Source: an uncultured Gemmatimonadales bacterium (GTDB lineage: Bacteria > Gemmatimonadota > Gemmatimonadetes > Longimicrobiales > RSA9). Taken from it: a DNA stretch of 64,000 bases. Location: positions 1-64,000 of the forward strand of contig CAWAMW010000002.1 of the NCBI GenBank assembly GCA_963783305.1, read 5' to 3'. The notes below the pieces were generated by a model, which was not told the DNA's origin, ran no database searches, and saw only the letters and a list, made by a program, of their open reading frames with translations. The position numbers and the translations under genes are program-made. This document shows positions 54,752 to 64,000 of the stretch, piece by piece (positions within the stretch are counted from its first letter, which is position 1; the number at the start of each line of letters is the position of its first letter).

Positions 54752-57700
54752 TCAGTCTGGCGCAATCTCCTGCAGCAGCCGAACAGCGACGGCGTACCCG
54801 GAGAGGGTGGCCTCGCCCTCGGCGTTCAGCTCGTCCACCACTTCCCGGTAGGCGGCGATCTCCCGGGGACGTGCCTCGTGGATCTCGGCGAGGCAGGCGT
54901 CGGTGTCGCCGCGACGGGGCATGCAGGTCAGAAGGGAGCGGGCGAGTCGCCGGTGGGCTCGACCGAGGTCCTCGATGAGCCCCTCCACGAACCGCTTCTC
55001 CCAGCGCTCCTCCTGCGCGGCGGTCCGGAGCGCCCCGCGGAGGGCGGCGCAGCCGAAGCGATCGGAGACGAGGTAGTAGGCCCGGGCGGTCGCCACGGGG
55101 TCATGATCGCCCTCGTGGGCGATGCGGAGGATGTCCAGGAGCTGCGGCAGGAAGCGCAGGGTGATGAGGCGCTGGGCCAGGGTGCGGTCGACGCCCACCT
55201 GCTCGATCTCCTGGATCCGGGCCTCGAACAGGACGCGGTCCTCGCCGGCCACGAGCGCGGGGAATTCGTCGCGGAGGCGGGCCAGCCCTTCCCTCTGCTC
55301 CTCGATGGCCGCCGCGGCCGTGACGTCGGGGCCCACGTTGGCCAGCGCCCAGTGCGTGGTGCGCTCCAGCACACGCGCCAGAGCGTGCATCCAGCGGTAC
55401 ACCGTCCCGGCCTCGAACCGGCTGCGGATCAACGCCAGGTCCTGCCGGATCTCGCTTGCACCCGCCACGGCGTTCGCGATGACCCACGCCCGCGCGACGG
55501 CGGCCACATCCGCACCCGTGTCCCGGACGGCTCGGTGGAGAAACGACGCGCCCATGAGGTTGACCAGGTCATTGACCAGCTCGGTAACGATGATCTCGCG
55601 CCGGAGCCGGTGCTCCTGGAGCCGGTCGTCGCCCGCGGCGGTCACAGCCTCGGGCGGGAAATAGCGGCGCAGGAGCGGGAAAAGCGCCGGGTCGTCCGGC
55701 AGTCCGGAGTCGCGGATGACCGCACGGGCCTCGAGCTTGGCGTAGGCCAGGAGCACGGAGAGGACGGGACGGGTCAGGCCGAGACCGCTCTCCGCCCGCT
55801 CGCGGAGCGTGTCGGAGCTGGGCAACCCCGCTGAGCCCCGTTCCAGCAGCCGCTCGCGCTCGAACGCGCTCAACAGCGCCGCGAAGTCCTGGAGCGCGTC
55901 CCGGCTGCGGCGCTCGTCCAGCGACACGGCCAGCGACTGCTCGCGGCTGTTCCGCAGCACCCGTTCGCTGACCCCTTCGGTCATGGCCTCCAGCAGCGCG
56001 TTCCGCTCATCCAGGCCCATGGACCCCGCGTCCTGGACGGCGTTCAGCAGGATCTTCAGGTTCACCTCGTGATCCGACATGTCCACGCCAGCCGAGTTGT
56101 CCAGCGCGTCCGTATTCAGTCGGCCGCCCGCCAGCGCGAACCGGACCCGCGCCCGCTGCGTCAGCCCCAGGTTGCCACCCTCACCGATCACCTGGCAGCG
56201 GAGCTCGTCGGCATCAATCCGGACCGGGTCGTTCGTGGCGTCCCCCACCTCGCCGTGCGTTTCCTCCGGGTCCTTCACGTACGTGCCGATCCCGCCGTTC
56301 CAGAGCAGCTCCACCGGCGACCGCAGCACCGCCCGGATCAGCGCCTCGCCGTCCAGCTCCACAGGCAGCTCCTCGCCCCCCAGAGCCTCCCGAACCTCGG
56401 CGGTCAACGTCACCGCCTTCGTTCCGCGGGGCACGATCATGCCACCGGCGGAGAGCTTCGAGCGGTCGTAGTCGTCCCAGGTGGAGCGGGGCAGATCGAA
56501 CAGTCGCTGCCGCTCGTGGAAGGAGGTGGCGGGGTCCGGGTCCGGATCGAGGAAGATGTGGCGGTGATCGAACGCCGCGATCAGCCGGATCTGGCGGGAC
56601 AGGAGCATGCCGTTTCCGAACACATCGCCGCTCATGTCGCCGATGCCGGCCACGGTGAACGGCTCGGTCTGGATGTCCTTGCCGAGCTCCCAGAAGTGGC
56701 GCTTCACGCACTCCCACGCGCCCCGGGCGGTGATGCCCTCCTCCTTGTGGTCATAGCCGTGGGACCCGCCGGAGGCGAACGCGTCGCCCAGCCAGAACCC
56801 GTACTCCGCCGCCACCGCGTTGGCCGTGTCGGACAGGTGCGCCGTGCCCTTGTCGGCGGCCACCACCAGGTACGGATCGTCCCCGTCGTGCCGCACCACG
56901 TCGGGCGGCGGGTTCACGCGCCCGTCCACGATGTTGTCCGTAATGTCGAGCATCCCCCGGATGAGCGTGCGGTACTGCTCGGCCTCATCCGCCATCAGGG
57001 CGTCGCGGTCGTCCGACTGGAGCCGCGTCACGAAACCGCCCTTGGAACCGCCGGGCACGATCACCGCGTTCTTCACCACCTGCGTCTGAACCAGCCCCAT
57101 GATCTCGGTGCGGAAGTCGTCCGGTCGGTCCGACCACCGGATCCCGCCCCGGGACACCGCGGCGCCCCGGAGGTGGATTCCCTCCATGCGACTGGAGTGG
57201 ACGAAGATCTCGTAGAGGAGTCGGCTCCGTCGCAGCTCCTCCACTTCGGCGCACTTCACCTTGATGGAGATGTACGGCACGCCCCCGCTCCGGCGAGTGG
57301 GGTCAGCGCCGCCGTGGCGAAAGTAGTTCGTGCGGGTGGTGGCCAGCACCAGGCTCAGCAGCCGGCGGATGGCCCGGTCGTCCGCCAGCGAGTTGACGCC
57401 CTCCAGCGCCCCCGCGATGGCGCCCCGAAGCGCCTCCGTCGGGTCCCCAGCCGCCAGCGGCTCGGGGTGCTCACGAAGCAGCACCGGATCGAAGCGCGCG
57501 GCCATGAGCGAGACCAGCAGGCGGGCCACGTCGGGGTGGCGCAGCAGGGCCCGGGCCGGTGAGGTCCGGCTGGGCACCGCGTCCGCCTGGAACGCATAGC
57601 TGGCGTACGTCCGCAGCAGGTCCACCTCCCGCCAGCGCAGCCCGGCCGCGAGCACCAGCCCGTTGTAGACGTCGTCCGGGGCGTCGCCCGCCCGCACCGC

Positions 57701-59695
57701 CAGCAGCGCCTCCGCCAGCAGCCCCGTCCGCTCCGGCGACAGCGGCGCGCCGTCAGGCCCCTGTACCGCGAATGAGTAGACCATGAAGGTCGACGGACCC
57801 GAGGCGTCCACCAGGAACGGCGCCAGCTCAACCACCCTGAGACCCGCGTTCTCCAGCATGGGCATGAACTCCGAAAGCACCATGCGCTGGTCCCGCAGGT
57901 ACAGCTTCAGAATCGTGACCTTCCGGAAATCCCCCGCACGGCCCTTCCCCCGGGGCGCGCGAAACGCCACCGCTACCTCCTGCTCCTCGAGGCGCATTGC
58001 CTCGATCTGCTCCACGTCCCACACCGCCGCACCGGGCAGGAACGCCGCACGGTAATCCTCGCCGAACCCCGACGCGTAGCAATCCCACAGCCGGTGCCCC
58101 TCATCCTGCCCGTGCGCCGCCACCAGCGCGTCCAGAAGCCGGTCCTCCCAGGACCGGATGACATGACTGATCTCCTCCTCCATGGCCTCCACGTCCGCCG
58201 CCCGCACCGCCTCCCGCGGGGCCGAGACGTAGAAGTGCAGGCGCGCCTGGTCCGCCGAGCCGTGGGCATGGTGGAAGCTCAGCACCGTGCCCTCCAGACG
58301 ACGAACGATCACCTCCTCGATCCGCTTCCGCACCGGCCGGCTGAAACGCGCCTCCGGCAGGATCACGATCACGCTCGCGCCACGTCCCAGCGGGTCCGGC
58401 CGGAGCAGCACCAGCACTCCCGCCACGAACAGATGGGCCAGAATCGCCCGGATCTCCGCGCCCAGGCCCTCCGCCGAGGCCTGGAAGAGGTCCTGCCGCG
58501 GCATGGAGTTGAAGATCGTGATGATCTCCTTGTAGTCGTGCGATCCCTCCACTGCGCCCGAACGGTCCAGGATCTTGTGCAGCTTCCGCCGCAGGATCGG
58601 GATGTCCTCCGCCGTCTCCGCGTAGGCCTTCGACGTGAACAGCCCCAGGAACCGGCGCTCCCCCACCACCCCGCCATCCGAACCCTGCTCCTTCACCCCC
58701 ACGTAGTCCATCCGCGACCGCCGATGCACCGGCGACTCCGCGTTGGTCTTGTTGATGATCAGCAGAGGCCCCTCCGTCAGCCGGTCCACCAGCTCCGGTC
58801 GCATCTCGTCCAGCGGCACCCGCGAGACGTACGCCGACCGCTCCTCACGCCGCAGGATGCCCAGCCCCGACCCCGGCCGCACCATCAGCCCCCGTTCCTC
58901 ACCCGACCCCCCCACCTCGTACTCACGGTAGCCCAGGAAGATGAAGTTTCCCTGCTCCAGCCAGCGCAGGAACTCCAGCATCTCCACGCGCTCCCCGTTC
59001 CGATCCACCGCCCCGCTCGGCGTGGCTTCCACTCGCGCCCGCGTCTCCGCCAGCGCCTCCAGCATGGGGCCGAAATCCTCCGTCACCGCCACCACCTGCT
59101 CCAGGCGACCCCGCAGCTCCTCCGCCACCCACGCCCGCCGGTCCTCACCGGCCACCCGCCGAACCTCACAGTGCACCAGCGAATAGCGCTTCCCCGGCCC
59201 CCGCTCCGCCCCCTCCGAGACGGCCACCAATCCCCCCGACTCGTCCCGCTCCAGCCGCACCACCGGGTACAGGTACTCCCGGATCGCCAGCTTCTCCGAC
59301 CCGAGAAATTCACGGATCGTGTCCACGATGAACGGACGGTCGCTCACCAGCGTACGGATCACCGTCACCGGCGCCGACCACCCCTCCTCCACCGCGTTCA
59401 CCACCTGCACCCGCACCCCGCCCCCGCCCCCGCCCTCACCCCTCTCCACCGCGTCCGCCGTAGCGAACCGGTATGCTCCCAGCACCATGGCCCCCAGGTC
59501 CGGCACGCTCCGCTCCCGCACCAGCTGGCGCGGCACACGCGTGAAGAAGACCCGGGCGAACTGGCACAGGAGCGCGGTGTCTCCGTCGTGCGTGGATTCG
59601 AAGTGCCGGCAGACCGCCTCCACCGCCTCGGGCGTGGGGCCGGGCGCGGAGGTGGCGGAATGGGCGGAGGCTGCGGTGTCGCGTGGCGTCGTCAT
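54752..59695 (-). CDS. gdhB: Large NAD-specific glutamate dehydrogenase (~1650 aa)
   Basis: EGIHLR, RGGIRWSDR.DDFRTE, VKNAVIVPGGSKGGF, DDPYLVVAADKGTA, GDAFASGGS, GIGDMSGDVFGNGML, NTDALDNSAGV. Confidence 0.95.
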   Translation of the reverse strand: MTTPRDTAASAHSATSAPGPTPEAVEAVCRHFESTHDGDTALLCQFARVFFTRVPRQLVRERSVPDLGAMVLGAYRFATADAVERGEGGGGGGVRVQVVNAVEEGWSAPVTVIRTLVSDRPFIVDTIREFLGSEKLAIREYLYPVVRLERDESGGLVAVSEGAERGPGKRYSLVHCEVRRVAGEDRRAWVAEELRGRLEQVVAVTEDFGPMLEALAETRARVEATPSGAVDRNGERVEMLEFLRWLEQGNFIFLGYREYEVGGSGEERGLMVRPGSGLGILRREERSAYVSRVPLDEMRPELVDRLTEGPLLIINKTNAESPVHRRSRMDYVGVKEQGSDGGVVGERRFLGLFTSKAYAETAEDIPILRRKLHKILDRSGAVEGSHDYKEIITIFNSMPRQDLFQASAEGLGAEIRAILAHLFVAGVLVLLRPDPLGRGASVIVILPEARFSRPVRKRIEEVIVRRLEGTVLSFHHAHGSADQARLHFYVSAPREAVRAADVEAMEEEISHVIRSWEDRLLDALVAAHGQDEGHRLWDCYASGFGEDYRAAFLPGAAVWDVEQIEAMRLEEQEVAVAFRAPRGKGRAGDFRKVTILKLYLRDQRMVLSEFMPMLENAGLRVVELAPFLVDASGPSTFMVYSFAVQGPDGAPLSPERTGLLAEALLAVRAGDAPDDVYNGLVLAAGLRWREVDLLRTYASYAFQADAVPSRTSPARALLRHPDVARLLVSLMAARFDPVLLREHPEPLAAGDPTEALRGAIAGALEGVNSLADDRAIRRLLSLVLATTRTNYFRHGGADPTRRSGGVPYISIKVKCAEVEELRRSRLLYEIFVHSSRMEGIHLRGAAVSRGGIRWSDRPDDFRTEIMGLVQTQVVKNAVIVPGGSKGGFVTRLQSDDRDALMADEAEQYRTLIRGMLDITDNIVDGRVNPPPDVVRHDGDDPYLVVAADKGTAHLSDTANAVAAEYGFWLGDAFASGGSHGYDHKEEGITARGAWECVKRHFWELGKDIQTEPFTVAGIGDMSGDVFGNGMLLSRQIRLIAAFDHRHIFLDPDPDPATSFHERQRLFDLPRSTWDDYDRSKLSAGGMIVPRGTKAVTLTAEVREALGGEELPVELDGEALIRAVLRSPVELLWNGGIGTYVKDPEETHGEVGDATNDPVRIDADELRCQVIGEGGNLGLTQRARVRFALAGGRLNTDALDNSAGVDMSDHEVNLKILLNAVQDAGSMGLDERNALLEAMTEGVSERVLRNSREQSLAVSLDERRSRDALQDFAALLSAFERERLLERGSAGLPSSDTLRERAESGLGLTRPVLSVLLAYAKLEARAVIRDSGLPDDPALFPLLRRYFPPEAVTAAGDDRLQEHRLRREIIVTELVNDLVNLMGASFLHRAVRDTGADVAAVARAWVIANAVAGASEIRQDLALIRSRFEAGTVYRWMHALARVLERTTHWALANVGPDVTAAAAIEEQREGLARLRDEFPALVAGEDRVLFEARIQEIEQVGVDRTLAQRLITLRFLPQLLDILRIAHEGDHDPVATARAYYLVSDRFGCAALRGALRTAAQEERWEKRFVEGLIEDLGRAHRRLARSLLTCMPRRGDTDACLAEIHEARPREIAAYREVVDELNAEGEATLSGYAVAVRLLQEIAPD

Positions 59696-59847
59696 GCCGG
59701 TAGGCTACCCATTGCGCGAGGCCGGGGAAAGAGGCGCCGAAAGCAAATTCGAAATCTGAACTGAATTTGAATTTGAATGCGGCCCCAGTGGGTCCTCTTC
59801 GGCTTCAGATCCAGGTTCGACGTGCGAATCGATCTCATCGGTTCTGA

Positions 59848-60692
59848 TCGCATCAAGACCCGGACCACCGGCACACCCGCACCCGCACCTGGTCCACCGC
59901 CAAAAGCATCGCCGCCACCCTCATCGGGACCCTGGTCGACGACGGTCGCATGGCGCTCGACGCCCCGCTCGAGCTGGACTGGCTGCCGCAGGCCCGGTCG
60001 CCGAGACGGACCCGCGCGACGCCATCACGCTCCGGCACGTGCTCCACATGTCCAGCGGGCTCGAGCCCATCGACAACCAGCGACTCGAGTACGCCACCGG
60101 CTCCGGCCTCGGCTACTGGGCCGGCGCCAGCTCCGTCCGCCTCGCCCTCGACCGCGGACTGATCCGCGAGCCCGGCACCAGCTGGGACTACGAGAACTCC
60201 GAGACCCTGCTCGCCGTCCGGAAGATGAAGGAGGTGCTCGGAAGCACGGAGGCGTACCACACCTTTCCCCGGAAGGCCCTCCTCGACCGCATTGGCATGC
60301 GCAACACACTCCTCAGCACCGACCGCTTCGGCGACTTCGTCCTCAGCAGCCAGGTCTACACCAACGCCCGCGACCTCGCCCGCTTCGGACTCCTGTACCA
60401 GCAGGGCGGCACCTGGAACGGAGAGCGCATCATCAGCCAGGAATGGGTCGACTTCGTCACCACTCCGGCGCCCGCCACCGTCGGGCTCGGCAGCTTCTAC
60501 GGCGGCCAGTTCTGGCTCGTCCCCACCGACCGCGACGACGTCCCCGCCGACGCCTACACCACCGCCGGCAACCGCGGCCAGTTCGTCATCATCGCACCCT
60601 CCCACGACCTGGTCATCGTGCGGCGCGGGCTCGACTGGGGGCGGCAGGGGTTCGACGAGTGGGACCTGCTGCGGGAGGTGGCGGTGCGGTGA
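59848..60692 (+). pseudogene. 5'-truncated, frameshifted serine hydrolase (beta-lactamase class C-like)
   Basis: Frame A gives HTRTRTWSTAKSIAATLIG (SxxK) with an in-frame stop at 59845 and no start; shift near 60002 to DPRDAITLRHVLHMSSGL...WDYEN...ARDLARFGLLY...GNRGQ...DLVIVRRG. Confidence 0.8.
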
Positions 60693-60758
60693 CCGGTCGC
60701 GGCCCGCTCCGGCGGCCCAAAACATGCGTTTATTTCCGTCACCAGGACACTCTCGAAC

Positions 60759-60965
60759 ATGGACGACCGGAAAGAACGCGAGATGCGCGAAAAGGGCCTC
60801 GAACACGAGACCGAGGGCCGCGGCCGTGAGGTGAAGGGGAAGATCAAGAAGGAGGCGGGCCGGATCACCAAGGACCGCTCCACCCAGGCCGAGGGCGCCG
60901 TGGAAGAGGGCGTCGGCAAGGTCCAGAAGAAGATGGGCGAGGGGATGCGGAAGGCCGCCGACTAG
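60759..60965 (+). CDS. CsbD family stress response protein
   Basis: EGRGREVKGKIKKEAGRITKDRSTQAEG..EEGVGKVQKKMGE. Confidence 0.88.
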   Translation: MDDRKEREMREKGLEHETEGRGREVKGKIKKEAGRITKDRSTQAEGAVEEGVGKVQKKMGEGMRKAAD

Positions 60966-60987
60966 CGGTGTCGCGATCCCAAGTACG

Positions 60988-61022
60988 GGAGCCCCGGGGC
61001 GGAAACGGCCCGGGGCTCCTTG
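60988..61022 (+). terminator. Intrinsic terminator after csbD-like gene
   Basis: GGAGCCCCGGG...CCCGGGGCTCC stem followed by TT. Confidence 0.55.
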
Positions 61023-61090
61023 CATTCGTGGGACCTCGCATACAACCTTCTCTGTCCCCCCAACTGTCTAAGGGGTAGACACTGAGGCCG

Positions 61091-61465
61091 ATGCCGCCGC
61101 CGCTGCCGCGCTTCGCCACTGCCCCTGAGGAGGACGTTTTGGAGCTCATGAAAGGCACACTCGACGCCATGGTCCTGAAGGCGCTGACCTGGGAGCCGAT
61201 GCACGGGTACGGGGTGACGCGCTGGATCCGGGGCCAGACCGACGGCGCCCTCGACGTGGACGACGCCGCGCTCTACCAGGCGCTGCATCGCCTCGAGCGG
61301 CGCGGCTGGGTGGAGGCCGAGTGGGGGCTGAGCGAGAACAACCGGAAGGCGAAGTACTACTCCCTCACCGACGACGGCCGGGAGCAGCTCGCGGCGGAGG
61401 TGACGTCGATCCGGAAGTACGTGGCCGCGCTGTTCGCGGTCCTCGAGGCGGAGGCGGGGCAATGA
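61091..61465 (+). CDS. PadR family transcriptional regulator
   Basis: LMKGTLDAMVLKAL, MHGYG, LYQALHRLE, WGLSENNRKAKYY.LT..G. Confidence 0.93.
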   Translation: MPPPLPRFATAPEEDVLELMKGTLDAMVLKALTWEPMHGYGVTRWIRGQTDGALDVDDAALYQALHRLERRGWVEAEWGLSENNRKAKYYSLTDDGREQLAAEVTSIRKYVAALFAVLEAEAGQ

Positions 61466-64000
61466 CCCGCCAGAGCGACCGCCCCGACCACCGCAGGCTT
61501 CCGGACCGGATCCGGCGCGCCCTCCACCTCCGCCGGGAATCGGGCGCTCCCCCGGGCGACGACGTCGACGTCGAGATCCGGTTCCACCTCGAGACGCGCA
61601 TCGAGGAGCTCACCGCCGAGGGCCACGACCCCGCCCAAGCCCGCCGCGTGGCCACCGAGGAATTCGGCGACATCGACACCGCCCGCCGCGCCCTCTCCCG
61701 CGTCGACGAGAAGCGGGAGCGGAGCACCCGGCGGGTGGAGTGGCTGGGCGGCCTCCGCCGCGACGTCGCATACGGCTGGCGGAAGCTGCGGTCGAGCCCC
61801 GGCTTCGCCGCGGCGGCGGTGCTCACGCTGGCGCTGGGGATCGGCGCGACCACGGCGATCTTCAGCGCTGTGCACGCCGTGCTCCTTCGACCCCTGCCCT
61901 TCCCGGAGCCGGACCGGCTGGTGAAGGTGTGGGAGACGTCGCCGGAGGGGCTGACGACGAACGTGGTGTCCAGCGGCAACTACCTCGACTGGCGCGAGGA
62001 GACCGGCTCGTTCGCGGAGCTTGGCGCGCACTCCTGGCTCTTCGGGATGACGCTGACCCGGGACGACGGCGAGCCGGTCCGGCTGGGCGTGACCCGCTTC
62101 ACGCCGTCGGCGCTGGCGGCGCTGGCCCCGGCACCCGTGCTGGGCCGCCTCCCCAGCGCGGCGGAAGGTGAGCCGGGAGCGGAGCCCGTGGCGGTGATCG
62201 GGCATCGGCTGTGGCGGGACCATCTGGGCGGCGACCCGGGCGTCGTCGGGCGGCCGATCCGTCTGGACGGGCAGCCGTACACGGTGGTGGGCGTGATGCC
62301 GCCGTCGTTCGACTACCCGGACCCGAAGGTGGACGTGTGGCGGGCGATGGCCTTCGACGCCGAAGACGCGGAGAAGCGGGAGTCGCACCAGTGGAACGTG
62401 GTGGGCCGCCTCGCCGCCGGCGTGCCGTTGGCGCAGGCGCAGGCGGAGCTGGACGCGCTGGCCGAGCGCCTGGAGCGGGCGTACCCCGAGGCCATGACCG
62501 GCTGGGGCGTGAACGTGGTCCCGCTCCGGGACAGTCTCGTGGGCGAGGTCCGTACGCTGCTGTGGGTGCTGATGGGGGTGGTCGGTGTGGTGCTGCTGCT
62601 GACGTGCGTGAACCTGGCCAACCTGCTGCTGGCCCGGGCGACGGCGCGGGAGCGGGAGATCGCGGTCCGCGGCGCGCTCGGCGCCGGCCGTCGTCGTCTG
62701 GTCCGACAGCTGCTGGTGGAGAGCCTGCTCCTGGGCGTGCTCGGCGGCGGACTGGCGCTGGCGGTGATCGCCTTCGGACTCGACGCGCTCGTGGCCCTCG
62801 CCCCGCCGGACATCCCGCTCCTCGACGGTGTCCGGATCGACCCCGTCGTCCTCGGGTTCGCCGGGGCGACGACGCTGCTGGCCACGCTCCTCTTCGGCCT
62901 CATCCCGGCGCTCCGGGCCACGTCGTCCTCCCCGAGCGACACGCTCCGGGGCAGCCGCGGCTCCGCGGGCGGGGCGCGGCGGCTGCGTGCCGGACTGCTG
63001 GCGGGCGAGGTGGCGCTGGCGGTGGTGCTTGTGGTGGGCGCCGGGCTTCTGCTCCGGTCCATGGCGCGCCTCAACGCCGTCGATCCCGGCCTCGACCCGG
63101 AGAACGTGCTCATGGTCCCCATCGACGTGTCGAACCCCCGCTACCGGCAGAGCGCCGGCCAGGTCGACCAGTTCTTCCGGACGCTCCTCGACCAGGTACG
63201 CGCCATGCCCGGCGTGGTCGACGCCGCCGGGACCACCGAGCCGCCCCTACTCGGCTACGCCATGACGTTCAGCTACCAGATCGAGGGCCGGCCCGCCCGC
63301 ACTCCCAGCGGACGGGAGGACGACGAGCGGCTCATGGCCATCACCCCCGACTTCTTCCGCACGCTCGACATCCCCATCCTCGCCGGCCGACCCATCGACG
63401 ACACCGACCGGACCGGCACCGACCCCGTCGCCGTCATCAGCCGCACCCTCGCCGACAAGCAGTGGCCCGAAGGCGACGCCCTCGGCTCCCGCATCCGCTT
63501 CCGCGAGGGGATGCCCTGGATCGAGATCGTCGGCATCGTGGACGACGCGCGCATCGATGGCCTCGACCAGGACGCCGCCCCGTTCCTCTACATCGCCTTC
63601 GCCCAGAAGCCGTGGAACTGGATGTCCTGGCTCGCCCTCACCATCCGCACCGAAGGCGACCCAACGGCCCTCACCCCCGTCCTGCGACGCGCCCTCCTCG
63701 AGCTCGACCCCACCATCATCCCCGAGACCGTCACCACCCTCGAGGAGCAGTTTGCCGAGTCCACCGCCCGACGACGCTTCGCGACCCAGCTCCTCGGCGC
63801 GTTCGCGGCGCTCGCACTGGTCCTCGGTGCGCTCGGGATCTACGGGCTGCTGGCGTACTCGGTGGCGCAGCGGCGCCAGGAAATCGGGATCCGCATGGCG
63901 CTCGGCGCCGAGCCCTCGCGGGTCGCGCGCGGCGTGGTCGGCGACGCCCTCCGGATCGCCGCGATCGGCGCCGTCATCGGGGCCGGCGCGGCCCTGGGCC
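61462..64000 (+). CDS. ABC-type MacB/FtsX duplicated permease (ADOP-like), partial, runs off window end
   Basis: ATG overlaps the PadR stop; EIRFHLETRIEEL...EEFG, LTLALGIGATTAIFS, NLANLLLARA..REREIAVRGALGAGRRRLVRQLLVESLLL, second GIYGLLAYSVAQRRQEIGIRMALGA. Confidence 0.92.
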   Translation, partial: MTRQSDRPDHRRLPDRIRRALHLRRESGAPPGDDVDVEIRFHLETRIEELTAEGHDPAQARRVATEEFGDIDTARRALSRVDEKRERSTRRVEWLGGLRRDVAYGWRKLRSSPGFAAAAVLTLALGIGATTAIFSAVHAVLLRPLPFPEPDRLVKVWETSPEGLTTNVVSSGNYLDWREETGSFAELGAHSWLFGMTLTRDDGEPVRLGVTRFTPSALAALAPAPVLGRLPSAAEGEPGAEPVAVIGHRLWRDHLGGDPGVVGRPIRLDGQPYTVVGVMPPSFDYPDPKVDVWRAMAFDAEDAEKRESHQWNVVGRLAAGVPLAQAQAELDALAERLERAYPEAMTGWGVNVVPLRDSLVGEVRTLLWVLMGVVGVVLLLTCVNLANLLLARATAREREIAVRGALGAGRRRLVRQLLVESLLLGVLGGGLALAVIAFGLDALVALAPPDIPLLDGVRIDPVVLGFAGATTLLATLLFGLIPALRATSSSPSDTLRGSRGSAGGARRLRAGLLAGEVALAVVLVVGAGLLLRSMARLNAVDPGLDPENVLMVPIDVSNPRYRQSAGQVDQFFRTLLDQVRAMPGVVDAAGTTEPPLLGYAMTFSYQIEGRPARTPSGREDDERLMAITPDFFRTLDIPILAGRPIDDTDRTGTDPVAVISRTLADKQWPEGDALGSRIRFREGMPWIEIVGIVDDARIDGLDQDAAPFLYIAFAQKPWNWMSWLALTIRTEGDPTALTPVLRRALLELDPTIIPETVTTLEEQFAESTARRRFATQLLGAFAALALVLGALGIYGLLAYSVAQRRQEIGIRMALGAEPSRVARGVVGDALRIAAIGAVIGAGAALG

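Overview
High-GC bacterial chromosomal window; the 16S sequence and gene set are consistent with Gemmatimonadota (inference, not database-checked). Most of it is housekeeping: typA, dnaE-accA-ricT-metG, a FadJ-like enzyme, DsbA/VKOR, a gyrA-led operon, TonB-ExbB-ExbD-ExbD plus a PD40/M28/PDZ lipoprotein, an M16 peptidase pair, a hybrid kinase, uvrA, pckA, a large NAD-glutamate dehydrogenase and a PadR-permease pair. The less ordinary parts are: (1) a stand-alone 16S rRNA gene with its own promoter, processing stem and terminator, and no 23S in the window; (2) tRNA-Ile(GAT) 3.2 kb downstream with its own promoter, next to a tyrosine integrase broken by about six single-base deletions; (3) a 69-aa Asp/Glu/Trp peptide gene just upstream of the 16S; (4) two facing tandem-repeat arrays sharing an inverted 13-bp core upstream of dnaE; (5) an orphan AbiEi-like/DUF559 nuclease gene preceded by three ~61-bp hairpin repeats and followed by a degenerate inverted copy, the best candidate for an undescribed system (a repeat-associated nuclease cassette); (6) in-frame heptamer-repeat insertions inside uvrA. 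All family assignments come from motif recognition by eye.
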